Source: Octopus vulgaris (Eukaryota). From it: a stretch of DNA of 64,000 nt. Below the pieces are notes generated by a model that was not told the origin of the DNA, ran no database searches, and saw only the letters and a list, made by a program, of their open reading frames with translations. The stretch is from assembly GCA_951406725.2 (NCBI GenBank), contig OX597817.1, forward strand, positions 22,196,001 to 22,260,000. Reading direction: 5' to 3'. Shown piece by piece: positions 40,424 through 54,555 of the stretch; the stretch's first letter is position 1, and every line of letters starts with the position of its first letter. A program made the position numbers and the translations under genes.

Positions 40424-40652
40424 TGAGAAAGAAGACTATTTGTCTTGTGTGTTTACCTGAGTCGTAGGTGATTAGGTGGCTGACCTGTTTCCTGAAGTTA
40501 ATGTTGCAAATACATCATTTGGTATCACAGAACTCTAAGAGCTCGAACCTTTGTTGAGTTCATGTATCATAGCCATAGCCTCTATGTACATTGGAATAGC
40601 TATCATAGCGTTGCCCAATATGTCCATTAAAGTCACAAGCCATGATAACGAT
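40424..40652 (-). mobile_element. Decayed RTE-type apurinic endonuclease fragment
   Basis: [12 protein letters not shown]...VHRGYGY...LLEFCDT...NFRK..SHLITYDSGKHTRQI, with stops; matches GDFN.H.G / LL.FC / H..TY.SG...QID. Confidence 0.75.
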
Positions 40653-40797
40653 ATGTAAAATCAATATACAAGTATGTATGCATATGGGAATGTATGAGTG
40701 TATACCTGCATCTATACACATATATGTATATTTAATACATGCTTTTGTATATACACACATGCACATAAGGATACACACACACACACAAATAGACAAA

Positions 40798-40830
<33 letters not shown>

Positions 40831-40898
40831 ATATATAGTTATATATATATATATATATATACATACATATATATATACATATACATATATATATATAC

Positions 40899-41002
<104 letters not shown>

Positions 41003-41009
41003 CATATAC

Positions 41010-41042
<33 letters not shown>

Positions 41043-41061
41043 GTATATACATGTATATGTA

Positions 41062-41096
<35 letters not shown>

Positions 41097-41689
41097 ACAC
41101 ACACAATTGTTTATGTATACATGCATATGCATACTTATGTGTGTGTGTGTGTGCGTGTGTGTGTATCCTTATACATGCGGGTATTAGTCTCTCTCTTAGA
41201 GTTTAAAGTCTCAGATGTTGCTTTTATACTCTTTGATTAGGTACCTTTTAGGTAATTTCTTGCTATTTCATTGAACACATTCAATTCTAGTTGGGAAAGC
41301 TCTTTTCTTATATATATTTGTATTAAGTGGCCAGTCTTTCAGGTCAATGTTTCGTACTTGTACCAACATATCATCTCAAATCACTTGTCGGACATTAAAG
41401 AGAATTTGGCATTCATTTGTTCATCCAGCCATGATTTGAAATTCAAATAAACTGTCATTGACCATGGAAGAATGATTCCGGTAGCCTACTTTCAACTTTC
41501 GGAGATGCTGTCTAATTCTATATTACCGTTGGTGTACATGTTGTTATTGTACTGTGTTTAGCTGTTTGGTGTTTTGCTCAGGGCAAGATGTTTTATATCT
41601 GCGTTAAATCCAAAGCATCATACAAATTGTTTAGAACAGTTTTATTTAGAACAGAGTTTCAACAAAAATACATGCAGTTTGATATACGT

Positions 41690-42157
41690 GAAATTTATAG
41701 GATATAATGTGTCTTACTCCAAATTTCTGCAAAACCTCAGTAGAAAAAATTAAATAACAAACATTTAGAAATTTAAACAGAACACCATCATCATCATCAT
41801 CGTCATCATCATCGTCGTTGTCGTCGTCATCATCGTCATCATCATCATCGTCGTCATCGTCATCATCGTCGTCATCATCATCATCGTCGTCATCATCATC
41901 ATTGTCTTCATCATTATCATCATCATAATCATCGTCATCATCGTCGTTGCGTCGTCGACGTTGTCGTCATCGTCATTGTCATCGTCATTATCATCGTCGT
42001 CGTCATCATCATCCTCATCATCATCATCATCATCATTTAATGTCTGCTTGGCAAGTCAGAAGAAATTTATAGGATATAATGTATCTTACTCCAAATTTCT
42101 GCAAAACGTCAGTAGCAAAAATTAAATAGCAAACATTTAGAAATTTAAACAGAACAC

Positions 42158-42203
<46 letters not shown>

Positions 42204-42377
42204 GTCGTCGTTGCCGTCGTCGTCATCGTCATCATCATCATCATCGTCATCATCGTCGTCATCATCATCATCGTCTTCATCATCATCGTCATCATCATCA
42301 TCGTCATCATCGTCGTCATCATCATCATCGTCATCATCATCATCATCATCATTTAATGTCTACTTGGCAAGTCAGAA
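41690..42377. repeat. Tandem duplication (41690-42061, 42062-42377), each unit containing a (CAT/CGT)n tract
   Basis: Near-identical unique flanks GAAATTTATAGGATATAATG... and ...TTGGCAAGTCAGAA. Confidence 0.92.
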
Positions 42378-42757
42378 GACTGCATTTGACTAGCTCTACT
42401 GTTTGCTTGTCATAGTTTCTATGACTGGATGCCTTTCCAAATGCCAACCTCTTTACAGAGTTTTTACTGGGTGCATTTTACTTGGCAGCAGCAGAAGCAA
42501 CATCTCACAAGACAAGACCCCTCAACTGAGTGGTCACTAGTTGTTATGTCGCACGTTCGATGCCTTCTACTCAACTTCTCTGACTGCTACTCTAACCGCT
42601 ACTCTTTTACTCTCTGCTGTGCTCCTGACGTCTAGGCTTCTCCCTCTATATCTACGTATTGGCCTAGCCTACTTCATCATCTGGGGGCGTCCACACAACA
42701 CTAGTATTAAGGAAGGTAGTTTTGTGCCAGGTGATAAGAGGTTAGTGTATAATAGAG

Positions 42758-43172
42758 AGGCGCAGGAGTAGCTGTGTGGTAAGTAGCTTGCTAACCAACC
42801 ACATGGTTCTGGGTTCAGTCCCACTGCATGGCATCTTGGGCAAGTGTCTTCTGCTATAGCCCCGGGCCGACCAATGCCTTGTGAGTGAATTTGGAAGACA
42901 GAAACTGAAAGAAGCCTGTCGTATATATATATATATATATGTGTGTGTGTGGGGGTTTGTGTGTCTGTGTTTGTCCCCCTAGCATTGCTTGGCAACCGAT
43001 GCTGGTGTGTTTACGTCCCCGTCACTTAGCGGTTTGGCAAAAGAGACCACTAGAATAAGTACTGGGCTTACAAAGAATAAGTCCCGGGGTCGATTTGATC
43101 GACTAAAGGCGGTGCTCCAGCATGGCCACAGTCCAAATGACTGAAACAAGTAAAAGAGTAAAAAGAGTAAGA
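42758..43172 (+). mobile_element. SINE family A, young subfamily
   Basis: Full length; diagnostic GCTAACCAACC, CCTAGCATTGC, GTCACTTAGC. Confidence 0.9.
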
Positions 43173-45566
43173 GGTTCCTGGTTACCCCAGGTAGAAAGAG
43201 AAGAAGTAGCAAGAGAGAGAAGATGATGAAGAAGATGTGTTCAAGTTAAAGTGTATGGTGAGTCAAGTAGTACAGAGGATTGGATCGGGTGAGTGGGCAG
43301 CTAAGTTTACCAGAGTGCAAAAGAAGGTTGAAAAATGGATTGAAAAGAAGATTCTTTTTAAATCGAATGTTGACAGTGCAATATAGCAAATATAGAAGGA
43401 AAATAAAAAACATTGGTTTAATCTATATATTTGTACAAACAGTCCAATTTGGATACTGAAGTGAAATACTACCGAGATTTGGAAAAAACAACTCACAATT
43501 CATGAGCTCAGTTAATAAAGAATTTTTTCTTTTGTTTTTCAGTTTTTTTTTTCTTTTCCTTTTCCATTAGGCGCCCACAATACTTCTACTTTATTTCATT
43601 ACACTTTTAGTTTAACAGTTTAGCTTTGCATTTATTTTTAGCTGCTTGTTGACTCATGAAATAACTAGCAGGAAAGCAATGCGAAAAGACAACACAACTT
43701 GAATGCCAACATAATGAAAGTTCTTTAAGCTTGAGTGAAAGCTTTCATAACTAGAATATAATGAAAAGAGATAAGAAAATAAATGAAATAGCCACAATGC
43801 TTAGAAAAAAAAAAGAAAAAAAATTAAAAGAAATAAACATATTAGTAAGTACATGATGCACATTTTAAAGTGTTTACAATTTGAATGATGTTCAGTTAAA
43901 ATTGTTAGTGGAAAAAAAACAAAAAAAAAATGTCATCAGTCACACTGGCATGTATACTGACATAATCTCTCCTAAATTATTAATTAATTTTCAATTCAAG
44001 AGTTTTCTGTAAACGAGGATCCTCATTATTTTAAAGGAAACATGATCACTTAATAGTTGATTTTCACTTTTCTACTTCATTAAATCTGCAAACAGAAAAC
44101 TAGTCAAAATATGTACTTTTTTCTCTGCCCACCAAGTAGGAGAGAGAAAAAAAAACTGCCTAGTAAGAGAAAGAGTGTAGAGTAGAGGAGAGACGATGAG
44201 GGGGAAACACCCTTAAATGATATCATTATTGAAAGGATGTAGCTCTCAGTGAAGTTATTGAAGAATGCAAACACACAATATTACACACTAATTATTGATT
44301 ATCACAGGTTTAACATGTTCATCATACTCTTTTCTAGGTATAGAGATGAAGAGAGCTGATCAATTACAGCCACTCTTCTTGCCAAACAAAAATGTGTAGT
44401 TAAAACAAAGAAGGAAATTAAAAACCAAAATTTATAAATTGAGGAATTGTGTTCAAGAGAGAAATTACATTCAAATTTTTGAACTCTAGCTACGAATGAG
44501 CTTTTATTTCTATTTAAGTAGGATCTTCACACCATTATTATCATCACCATTATCATTTATGAATGATTTTGCCTTCTGGCGTGAGTTGGATTGATTGACA
44601 AGGGCTGATAAATTAGAGGACTGTGCTGTGGCTCTGCTGTCTGCTTTGGCATAGTTTCTATGGTTGGATGTCCTTCTTAACTCCAAACATTTTACATATT
44701 CACTGGGTGCATTTTACATGGCACCAACACCAATGGGTCATGGCACATACAAAGCACCCATTACTCTCTTGGAGTGGTTGGTGCTAGGAAGGGCATCCAG
44801 AGGTAGAAACCATGCCAGATCAGACTGGAACCTGGTGCAGCTCTCTGGCTTACTAGTCCCAGTCAAGCCATCTAACACATGCCAGCATAGAAAGCAGACA
44901 CTAAAGGATGATGATAATTATGATGATGACTACGATGACAAATACCTCTCAACTGGGAGGTTGTGCCAGTTGATGAGAGGGTAAAAAAGTATAATAGAGG
45001 GATAAAGATAGGTGTTTTGCTGCAGAGATTACATGACTACTACTGTTGGAAAAGAGAGAAACAGAGAGTTAGGGGGAAAGATAGACAGAAAGAGAGATGG
45101 TGGTGGAGGTATGTCATAGAGGTATGACCAAAAGCTGGAGTGTGTGTGAAAGTGATCATTATGTCAGTCAGCTGGGTGGCCATTTTCTGGTTATGGTCTA
45201 GAATGTTTGAAATTTCAGCAACAGCAGCATGTTCCAGGTAAGAACACAATATTCCATTGGGAGCTTTACCTGTGCTGTCTAGGATATCAATAACTGTTGG
45301 GGCAGAAATAACAGAATTAAACAATGTGACACTTTTTAATAATCATCATCATTTAACATCCACTTTTCCTTGCTTACATGGGTTAGACTGAATTTATTGA
45401 GGTAGATTTTCTATGGCTGGATGACCTTCCTTTTGCTCAACCCTTACCTGTTTCCAGGTAGCATAATATTTTTCCATGACCAGACATGTTTTTATGTAGA
45501 TTGGAAACAAAAGACGTCTTGCATATCAGTGACATCCATTTACAACTATCACACTATGTCAACGCA

Positions 45567-45921
45567 GTTACGTTCTGAGTTCAAATTCCGCCAAGGTCGA
45601 CTTTGCCTTTCATTCTTTCGGGGTCGATAAATTAAGTACCAGCTTCACACACGGTGATCGATATAATCGACTTAATCTGTTTGTCTGTCCTTGTTTGTCC
45701 TCTCTGTGTTTAGCCCCTTGTGGGTAGTAAAGAAATAGGTATTTTGTCTGCCGTTACGTTCTGAGTTCAAATTCCGCTGAGGTCGACTTTGCCTTTCATC
45801 CTTTCGGGTCGATAAATTAAGTACCAGTTACGCACTGTGGTCAATGTAATCGACTTAAACTGTTTGTCTGTCCTTGTTTGTCCCTTCTATGTTTAGCCCC
45901 TTGTGGGCAATAAAGAAATAA
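45567..45921 (+). mobile_element. SINE family B dimer, 5'-truncated
   Basis: Same dimer junction near 45737. Confidence 0.9.
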
Positions 45922-46539
45922 GAAAACAGTAACACCCACCCACCTACCCACCCACACACACACACACACACAATAGGCTTCTTTCAGTTCCAACCAACCA
46001 AATCAGTTTGCAAGGCTTCGATCAGCTTGGAGCTATAGTAGATAAACACCTGATCTAGGAGCCAAGTACTGAGACTAAATCCCAAACAATGATGTTAGGA
46101 AGCAAATTTCTTACCATGCACTCTCATCTGCACCTAGCGTCACCTCAAACGGCATAATGGAAATCAATATCAAATGAAACGAGCTTCAGTTTTCAATTTA
46201 TTTGAAATTACAATAATCATCAATGCCGCAACATTTTTCATTATTAATAATATATTTTATGTATATGTTGACGATGAGTCAGCAGAATTGATAGAGTTTT
46301 AAGCTGTAACGCCTCAGAGTATTTTTTCTTTTTTTCTCACTTAATGATCTGAAATCCTATTAGGGTGAACGTTGACTTTTTTCTTGCTCAGGTTTATAAT
46401 CTAAATACTTCCAATATAATTATATCTATGTAATTAACTATACACAATACTCTAACAGTACTATCTGTAATATATGATCAATTAAAATTTGATCCCATCA
46501 ATATAAGCATTAAAAGAAAAAAAAAACACTAGTTATAAG

Positions 46540-46745
46540 ATGCAGGCATAGCTGTGTGATAAGAAATTTGTTTCACAGCAATATGGTTTAGGTTCAGTCC
46601 CACTGCGAGGCACATTGGGCAAGTGTTTTCTACTGTAGCCTAAGGCTGACCAAAGTCTTATGAGTGGATTTCAGAGACAGAAACTGAAAGACATCCACCA
46701 TGTATATATATATATACATACACATATATATATATATATTTACAT

Positions 46746-46823
<78 letters not shown>

Positions 46824-47115
46824 TCATCATCATCATTGTCCAGGATGGAGATTTTTGGACCATGCCTTCATTTTAGAAAATTCCTGCTGGGCTTTTGGAA
46901 TCTGCATGGTGGCACCACAGCCGGTAACCGATAGCCAAAGCTGAAGGGAGACAATCATTTACCTTCATAGTCCTTTGGTGACCTCAAGATGGCAGAGAGG
47001 ACGAAGATCAGGCTTTAAAAAAAATAAGTATTGAGGTCAATTTGTTTGACTAAAATATTTCAAGATGGTGCCCAAGCATAACTGCAGTCTAATGACTGAA
47101 ACATGTAAAAGATAA
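46540..47115 (+). mobile_element. SINE family A, degenerate and interrupted
   Basis: Head 46540-46700 and tail 47010-47115, separated by microsatellite and ~190 bp of unrelated sequence. Confidence 0.65.
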
Positions 47116-47724
47116 AAAATAGTAAAAACCGTCAGGTTTTTATCAATGTTAACCCAAGCAATGAAACTTGGTGTCATGAGTTCAGAACTTCCAAGAATAT
47201 GAAGTCTTCTGCAAAGACAGCATTCTTTCCAATAAATCTAAAACATGGTTTTCATGATAAAATGTCTCCAACTTGTGAACGAGAGCAATGAACTCTAAGC
47301 AACTCAGACTCATGAAAGATACAGTGCAGGTATCATTAATATCTGAGCCTGCATCTCTCTGTTACTGCAAAGAGTATTGGAGTAAATCAAATGATGATGG
47401 GGGGGGTGGAGGATTTGGAACTTAAATTTCCAAAACCATCAGCTTAATGCTTGCTCCATGTTATTTCAGAGACTTGCTGCTAATATGTTCCTTCCATCAT
47501 ATTTTAAAATAATCCTTGCACCGAAAATCTCCTATCTGAGGAAATCACTAATCGAACAAATGGATAATCCCAACAAGCAGCTTACAAAGCACTCATATTA
47601 CAAAAATCAGAGAGACACAGAGAAAAAAAAAACAGAAGTGAAAAGATGGATATATATATATGTATGTATATATGAATGTATATATGTATGCATGTATGTA
47701 TGTATGTGTGTATGTATGTATATG

Positions 47725-47758
<34 letters not shown>

Positions 47759-47844
47759 TATATGTATTTATGTACATATGTATGTATGTATATGCACACA
47801 AAAATCAGAGAGACTAAGAGAAAAAAACAAACGTGAAAAGAGGG

Positions 47845-47883
<39 letters not shown>

Positions 47884-48042
47884 AGTGTATGTATGTATTT
47901 ATGTGTGTATGTATTATGTAATGTATGTATTTATGTACATATGTATTTATGTATGTATATATGTATGTATGTATATATGTATATATATATGTATATATGT
48001 ATGTATATATGTATGTATATATGTATGTATGTATTTATGTAC

Positions 48043-48073
<31 letters not shown>

Positions 48074-48343
48074 TGTATGTATGTATGTATGTATGTATGT
48101 ATGTATGTACACACATGCTGAGGGGGGAGAAGGTGAAAGAAAGAAGAAGAATGCTTTCACTGAAAAACAAAGAAGATGAAATCAAGGAGCAAGTTCAGTA
48201 GAGATGGTGTTTCAGTTATTTGGAATACAATAGAGGAAATTACCTTTTTTTTTTTTGTTTTTTCTCTCTTTTGTTTTTTTGGTTTTTTTTTTTTTGATAA
48301 ATAGAAACTGAAATATTGTTGTTGTCGATGATGGTAATAAAAA

Positions 48344-48375
<32 letters not shown>

Positions 48376-49180
48376 AAAAAAAAGAACCACAATAGCAACA
48401 GTAATAGTAGTAACAATAACAAGAACTATGATTACAACAACCGTGATCAAATGTGAGATTACAATATGAAGAAAACAAACAAACAATGTAAAATAAAATT
48501 TTAAAAAATTAAAAGATTTAAGAAAAAAAAAAGAAACAAGAAAGAAAACGCAATATGTGAGAGCTTAAAATTTATGAACACTAGAGTGAACTAGTAGAAT
48601 TTTTATATTTACTATATTTATTTTGTTGCTTGTTACTCCTTCACACTCAATGCATCTTCCTGTACCCATTTCCACCCAATCTCTTAGATATGTTCTCAGA
48701 CACAGAAACATTATTATTATTATAGTAGTAGTAGTAGTAGTAGTAGTTGTAGTTGTGTGGTCCTAAAAGTAGCTATGCCATTCTCCATGAGAGCTACTTT
48801 CCAAAATTCATTGATTGAATTTGACAAGGTAATTTTTAAATCAATAGCTACTTCATATATGTAAGGCTGTCAGAAATGAAAAGAGATAACGAGGACGGGG
48901 AGGGGAAAGGAGAGGGAGGAAATAAGGATGGAAGGAAGGAAGGATAAAGGAAGGAAGGAAGGAAGGAAGGAAGGAAGGAAGGAAGGAAGGAAGGAACAAA
49001 TGATGGATAGAAGGGAAAAAAATTAAAACAAAATACACATCATTTTTTTTTTTTGCTAAAATTGCAGCAATTGCCCTCTCCTGAATACTCACTCCTACCA
49101 CCAAAACATTATTAATATTAAAATTATTATTATTGTTAATAGTAATAATAATAATAATAATAATAATGATAATAATAATG

Positions 49181-49229
<49 letters not shown>

Positions 49230-49690
49230 TAATAATTTTAAAAATCATAAAGATAAACAAATGGTACAATGTTTTAGATTTGAGGAAAATCAGATTAGAC
49301 ATTTCAGAGCAGATATTAACTCCAATCCAAATAGAGACGTTTTTGGAGATGCTAACTTTATCTAATTGGTGAAGTAGCTAGGTTTAGTGATTTTACAAAC
49401 TTGTGTGTTAGTGATAGCATTGAGACTTTTGAATTGAAGAGACAGACACAACAAAAACAAGTAAAACATTAATGGAACAGGAAACTAACAACAGTCTATA
49501 ATAACTGTGTCTTTGATTATGGTAAAAGAGTCTTGCTTAAAGTAATAGAATCTCTCTCAGATTATTCAGGCTACACAACTCCATAAAAGACAGTGAGAAA
49601 GCTTATAAATGTTACCATGTCTTGCTAGTTACAACAGCCATATCTTCCTCAAATCTCATACTACCATATTAAAAGAGATAAGATATATTA

Positions 49691-50362
49691 TGGCCGTGTG
49701 GTAAGGAGTTTGCTTCAGCGAGCTGGCAGAAGCGTTAGCACTCCGAACAAAATGCTTAGCGGTATTTCATAGGCGGCGAGCTGGCAGAATTGAAGGCGGT
49801 GAGCTCGCAGAATCGTTAGCATGCCGGGCGAAATGCGTAGCCGTATTTCGTCTGGCGTTACGTTCTGAGTTCAAATTCCGCCGTTCAAATTCCGCCGAGG
49901 TTGACTTTGCCTTTCATCCTTTCGGGGTCAATAGATTAAGTACCAGTTACGCACTGGGATCGATGTAATCGACTTAATACCTATGTCTGTCCTTGTTTGT
50001 CCCCTCTATGTTTAGCCCCTTGTGGGTAATGAAGAAATAGGTATTTCATCTGCCATTACGTTCTGAGTTCAAATTCCTCCGAGGTCGACTTTCCCTTTCA
50101 ACCCTTTGGGGTCGATAAATTAAGTACCAGTTATGCACTGGGGTCCATATAATCGACTTAATCTCTTTGTCTGTCCTTGTTTGTTCCCTCTATGTTTGGC
50201 CCCTTGTGGGCAATAAAGAAATAAGAAGTTTGCTTCCTAACCACATGGTCCCAGGTTCAGTGTCACTGCATGGTACCTTGGGCAAGTGTCTTCTACTATA
50301 GCCTCAGGCCAATCAAAACCATGTGAATGAATTTAGTAGATGGAAACTGAAAGAAGCCCATC
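49691..50362 (+). mobile_element. SINE family A head interrupted by a nested family B complex (49717-50221)
   Basis: TSD TAAG(G/A)AGTTTGCTTC at 49702-49716 and 50222-50236. Confidence 0.85.
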
Positions 50363-50775
50363 AATATATCTGTATTTGAAAGTATACGTAAAAAGCATCC
50401 ATTACACTCACGGAGTGGTTGGTGTTAGGAAGGGCATCCAGCTGTAGAAACTCTGCCAGATCAAGACTGGATCCTGGTGCAGCTATCTGGTTCACCAGTC
50501 CTCAGTCAAATCGTCCAACCCATGCTGGCATGGAAAGCGGACGTTAAACGATGATGATTATGACGATAACGAGAAGTCCCAACACTTTTGCACATTTTGA
50601 TTTCCCTAACAAGAAGATCATTTCGTTTCTTTTCTCCCTTTCCATTTACTGCTTTGCTTCTTTGGATGAACATACCTTACTATGGAAAGCAAAACTTAAG
50701 GTAGTAATTGAGGGAAGCTTTGAATAAATTCATATTTTGTGTTCTTATTTATAAATTCAAACATCATATGTGCAG

Positions 50776-51094
50776 GGTGCAAGGTGTGGCCGTATGGTAA
50801 GAAGCTTGCTTCCCAACCACATGGTTCCAGGATCTGACCCACTGTGTGACACCTTGGACAAGTGTCTTCTACTATAGCCACACGCTGACCAAAGTGTCAT
50901 GAGTGGACTTGATAGATGGAAATTGAAGTGGTTGGCATTAGGAAGGGCATCCAGCTATAGAAACTCTGCCAGATCAAGATTGGAGCCTGGTGCAGCCATC
51001 TGGTTTGTCAGACCTCAGTCAAATCATCCAGCCCATGGTAGCATGGAAAGCAGACGTTAAACGATGATGATGATGATGATATGTGTGTGTGAGT

Positions 51095-51143
<49 letters not shown>

Positions 51144-51372
51144 CGTGTATCTTTGTATTTATGTTAGTGCCCACCACTGCTTGACAAATGATGTTGGTTT
51201 GTTTATGTCCCTCTGACTTAGATGTTTAGCAAAAAGAGACCAATAGAATAAGTGCAGAGTCTTAAAAAAAGAAAAATAAATACACTTGGTTTGATTCATA
51301 TGACTAACAGTTCTTCAAGGCAGTGCCCCAGCATGGCCGCAGTCTGTGGACTGAAGGAGGTAAAAGATAAAA
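50776..51372 (+). mobile_element. SINE family A interrupted by a family C 3' end (50927-51080)
   Basis: A head to 50927, then C body with (GAT)n, then (GT)n and A tail. Confidence 0.8.
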
Positions 51373-52664
51373 GGTATGCGCTCGTGTATTTCATACACAT
51401 ATATGTATGTAGAAGTCAAACAATTAAGATGAGTTGGCATCTGAAGCAAGGAGTAATAAATAAATAATGCATGAAGTCAGACAAAGCAAAACACATGATT
51501 GAAAAAAGTGTAGAAATATGAAGTAAAACAACCACAATGGAGGAAGTATGCAATGAATATATATATATGCTAATGGAAAGGAACCAAAAATGAATATAAT
51601 GTTTTGGGGTTATACATTCATCAAAGGGAAGGACAAGGAAAAAGAAAGAATAGTAAACAAATGATATAGGATTTATCACATCTGTTTGCATGTTGTATAT
51701 AAATATACTTACACTGACATATATTTACACCCATGCACGCACACATGCATATATATATATATATATATATCATCATCATCATTTAACATTCATTGTCCAT
51801 GAATGACTGACAAAGGGTGGTAAGTCCCCAGATTATATAGTCATATCACAATTTTGGATTTTAAAGTAAACTTTTAACATCTAGGTTTAAATTCAAGTAC
51901 CTCTGTCAGGCTTATAATAAAAAGAAAAAACGTTGGAAACAAGTGTTGATTTTCAAAACATGTAAAAGTGTAAAAAACAAATTTTAAAAATTTGGCTTAT
52001 CAACAATTAGAGCCTAAAGGCTAATAGCACTTGTTTTCAACAGTTTTTCTTATAACACTAACAGCAGTAGTTAAGAGTCACTCATAAGGACTAAGATGGT
52101 CTAAATCAAAATCTATATACACTGGGGACTTAATTCAATTAGTCAGTCAATGGCTTTTGAGTTGTTTTAACCCTTATCTTTAGCAAAAGTGGTGCTAGTC
52201 AGTACCCTCTCTCACTTTTGTGACTCCTATGTAAAATATACATATACATGTGTGTGTGTGGGGGGTGTATATACACATATATATATATATATATATACAT
52301 ACACACATATATATATACATGCATACATACATATATATATATATATACATGCACACATATATATATATATGCATACATATATACATACATATATATATAT
52401 ATGTATATATATATGTGTGTGTGTGTATTAAAGCTACTATTGGTTTCATGTTAAGAAAAATATCTCAGTATCTTAGCAATTTTTAAAGATGATCACATGG
52501 AAGAATTGTGTTCATCTCCATTTCATCCAAAATGGAAATGAACACCATTCCTCCATATCGGCTTGAAAAATCATTAAGATATTAAAATATTTTTCTTAAC
52601 ATGAAACCAATGGTAGTCTTAAGAGACAAATAATGAAATTTTATCCACCATTTCTAATCCATCT

Positions 52665-52864
<200 letters not shown>

Positions 52865-53910
52865 GAAGATAGATGGATGGATAACTAGAGCAATGATAGA
52901 ACTAAACACTAAAATATTTTTAGCCCCTTGATCTACTTCCCATATCTTTGCAATGCCCTTCCACCTTACAAAATAGAGACTAGTCACCTCCATGTAATAT
53001 ATGTGCAATTCTCACAAATGATATATTGTGAATTGTGTGTATGTCCTGGTAGTTGCTTGTATATCATCTCCATAAATCATTCCTAAGTTCTCTGCTATTA
53101 TGGGAATTGCTTTTGTTTTTAATCCCCTGCTACTATCTGAATATCATTATTTTATGTCTTGGCTTCTGGATTGTTGCTTCATTTCTATTTCAGACATACT
53201 GTCTTCTGTTTCTTTAACAAGTGATTTCTTGGTTAGGAGACATTCTTTTTTTTCTATTCCTGTTTGATGATCTTTGTCAATTAAATCTGAAGATTTGTGT
53301 TAATCACAATGTTGTGAGAATCAGTATCTCCCAAAGTAAAGTTATCTTGTCATTTTATAAGATCACTTCTATTCTATCTCTTTGCCGAACAAATTCTGCA
53401 ATACAAGCATTGCTTTTACTGCATGAAATCTTTAACTCTGTTATGACTGCTAAATACTCCATCTTCATTAAGACTCAGCTGCAATTAATTGATTCCTCAA
53501 AACCTTCCCATAAACTGCTGTTATCTAAGCTGTTATATATCTGCTGTTATATATAAAAAAGAGAATATAAATATAAGTAAATATAAATATAAGTATAGAT
53601 TACATCTTACAGCTGTTTCAGCCATGTAGATAAGTATATATAACTCTATATTTGAGAAAAAGCATATACTCTTTGTTCTCTTTTACTTGTTTCAGTCATT
53701 TGACTGTGGCCATGCTGGAGCACCGCCTTTAGTCAAGAAAATCGCCCCCCCCCCAGGACTTATTCTTTGTAAGCCTAGTACTTATCCTATTGGTCTCTTT
53801 TGCTGAACCCCTAAGTTATGAAGATGTAAACACACCAGCATCGGCTGTCAAGTGATGTTGGAGGGATAAACATAGACACACAAACACTCACTCACACACA
53901 TATATATATA

Positions 53911-53956
<46 letters not shown>

Positions 53957-53997
53957 TAAATGAAAGAATGGAGTCGAACGAAGATGTTAACAAAATT

Positions 53998-54090
53998 CCT
54001 TTACTCTCGACATATGTTTCGAAGACAACAAGTTTTCATTCCAAAGAAATAAAGGGTGCATTATGCAATCTTCTCATCAGGAAAGAAAGG
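53998..54090 (-). ncRNA. Type I hammerhead ribozyme motif (inverted copy)
   Basis: Minus strand reads CCTTTCTTTC-CTGATGA-GAAGA...TCTTC-GAAAC-ATAT-GTC-GAGAGTAAAGG. Confidence 0.8.
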
Positions 54091-54216
54091 GAGCCTCTCT
54101 CGACAACAAGACAAACAATTTTTCTAACATTTTTTTTAAAAAACACTCATTATCGTTTTGTTTACCATGTAGGCAGTCATCGAAATTTTTGTTTGTCTTG
54201 TTGTCGAGAGAGGCTC

Positions 54217-54306
54217 CCTTTCTTTCCTGATGAGAAGATTGCATAATGCACCCTTTATTCCTTTGGAATGAAAACATGTCTTTGAAACATATGTCGAGGG
54301 TAAAGG
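54217..54306 (+). ncRNA. Type I hammerhead ribozyme motif
   Basis: Stem I CCTTT-CTTTC / GAGGG-T-AAAGG; core CTGATGA 54227-54233; stem II GAAGA/TCTTT; GAAA 54284-54287; palindromic stem III ACATATGT; GTC triplet 54293-54295. Confidence 0.8.
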
Positions 54307-54506
54307 AATTTTGTTAACATCTTCGTTCGACTCCATTCTTTCATTTATTCATATACAACACACAAATTTCTGCACATGAACCCGGAGTTTCTACCCTTGG
54401 ACATGTCGCTTCAACTGTGTTTCTGACGTGAATTTGCTACCCAGGTTTCGGTTAAACGAATTTTCCATGCTGACGATAAACATAGGATAATTCATTCACC
54501 TATTTA

Positions 54507-54555
<49 letters not shown>

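Larger units (their letters stand above)
53949..54510. mobile_element. Penelope-like element fragment with inverted terminal repeat, inserted in the (TA)n tract of a SINE
   Basis: Arms ~53949-54118 and ~54189-54355 are reverse complements, each with a hammerhead motif; unique tail 54356-54510; (TA)n on both sides. Confidence 0.8.

Noticed and set aside
41165-41690. Non-microsatellite block, possibly a retroelement fragment
   Set aside because: No convincing protein or ribozyme motif; needs a database search
43571-43623. Strong polypyrimidine tract + TAG as the possible next exon
   Set aside because: In the required phase it gives only GAHNTSTLFHYTFSLTV* with no recognisable similarity; such tracts are common here
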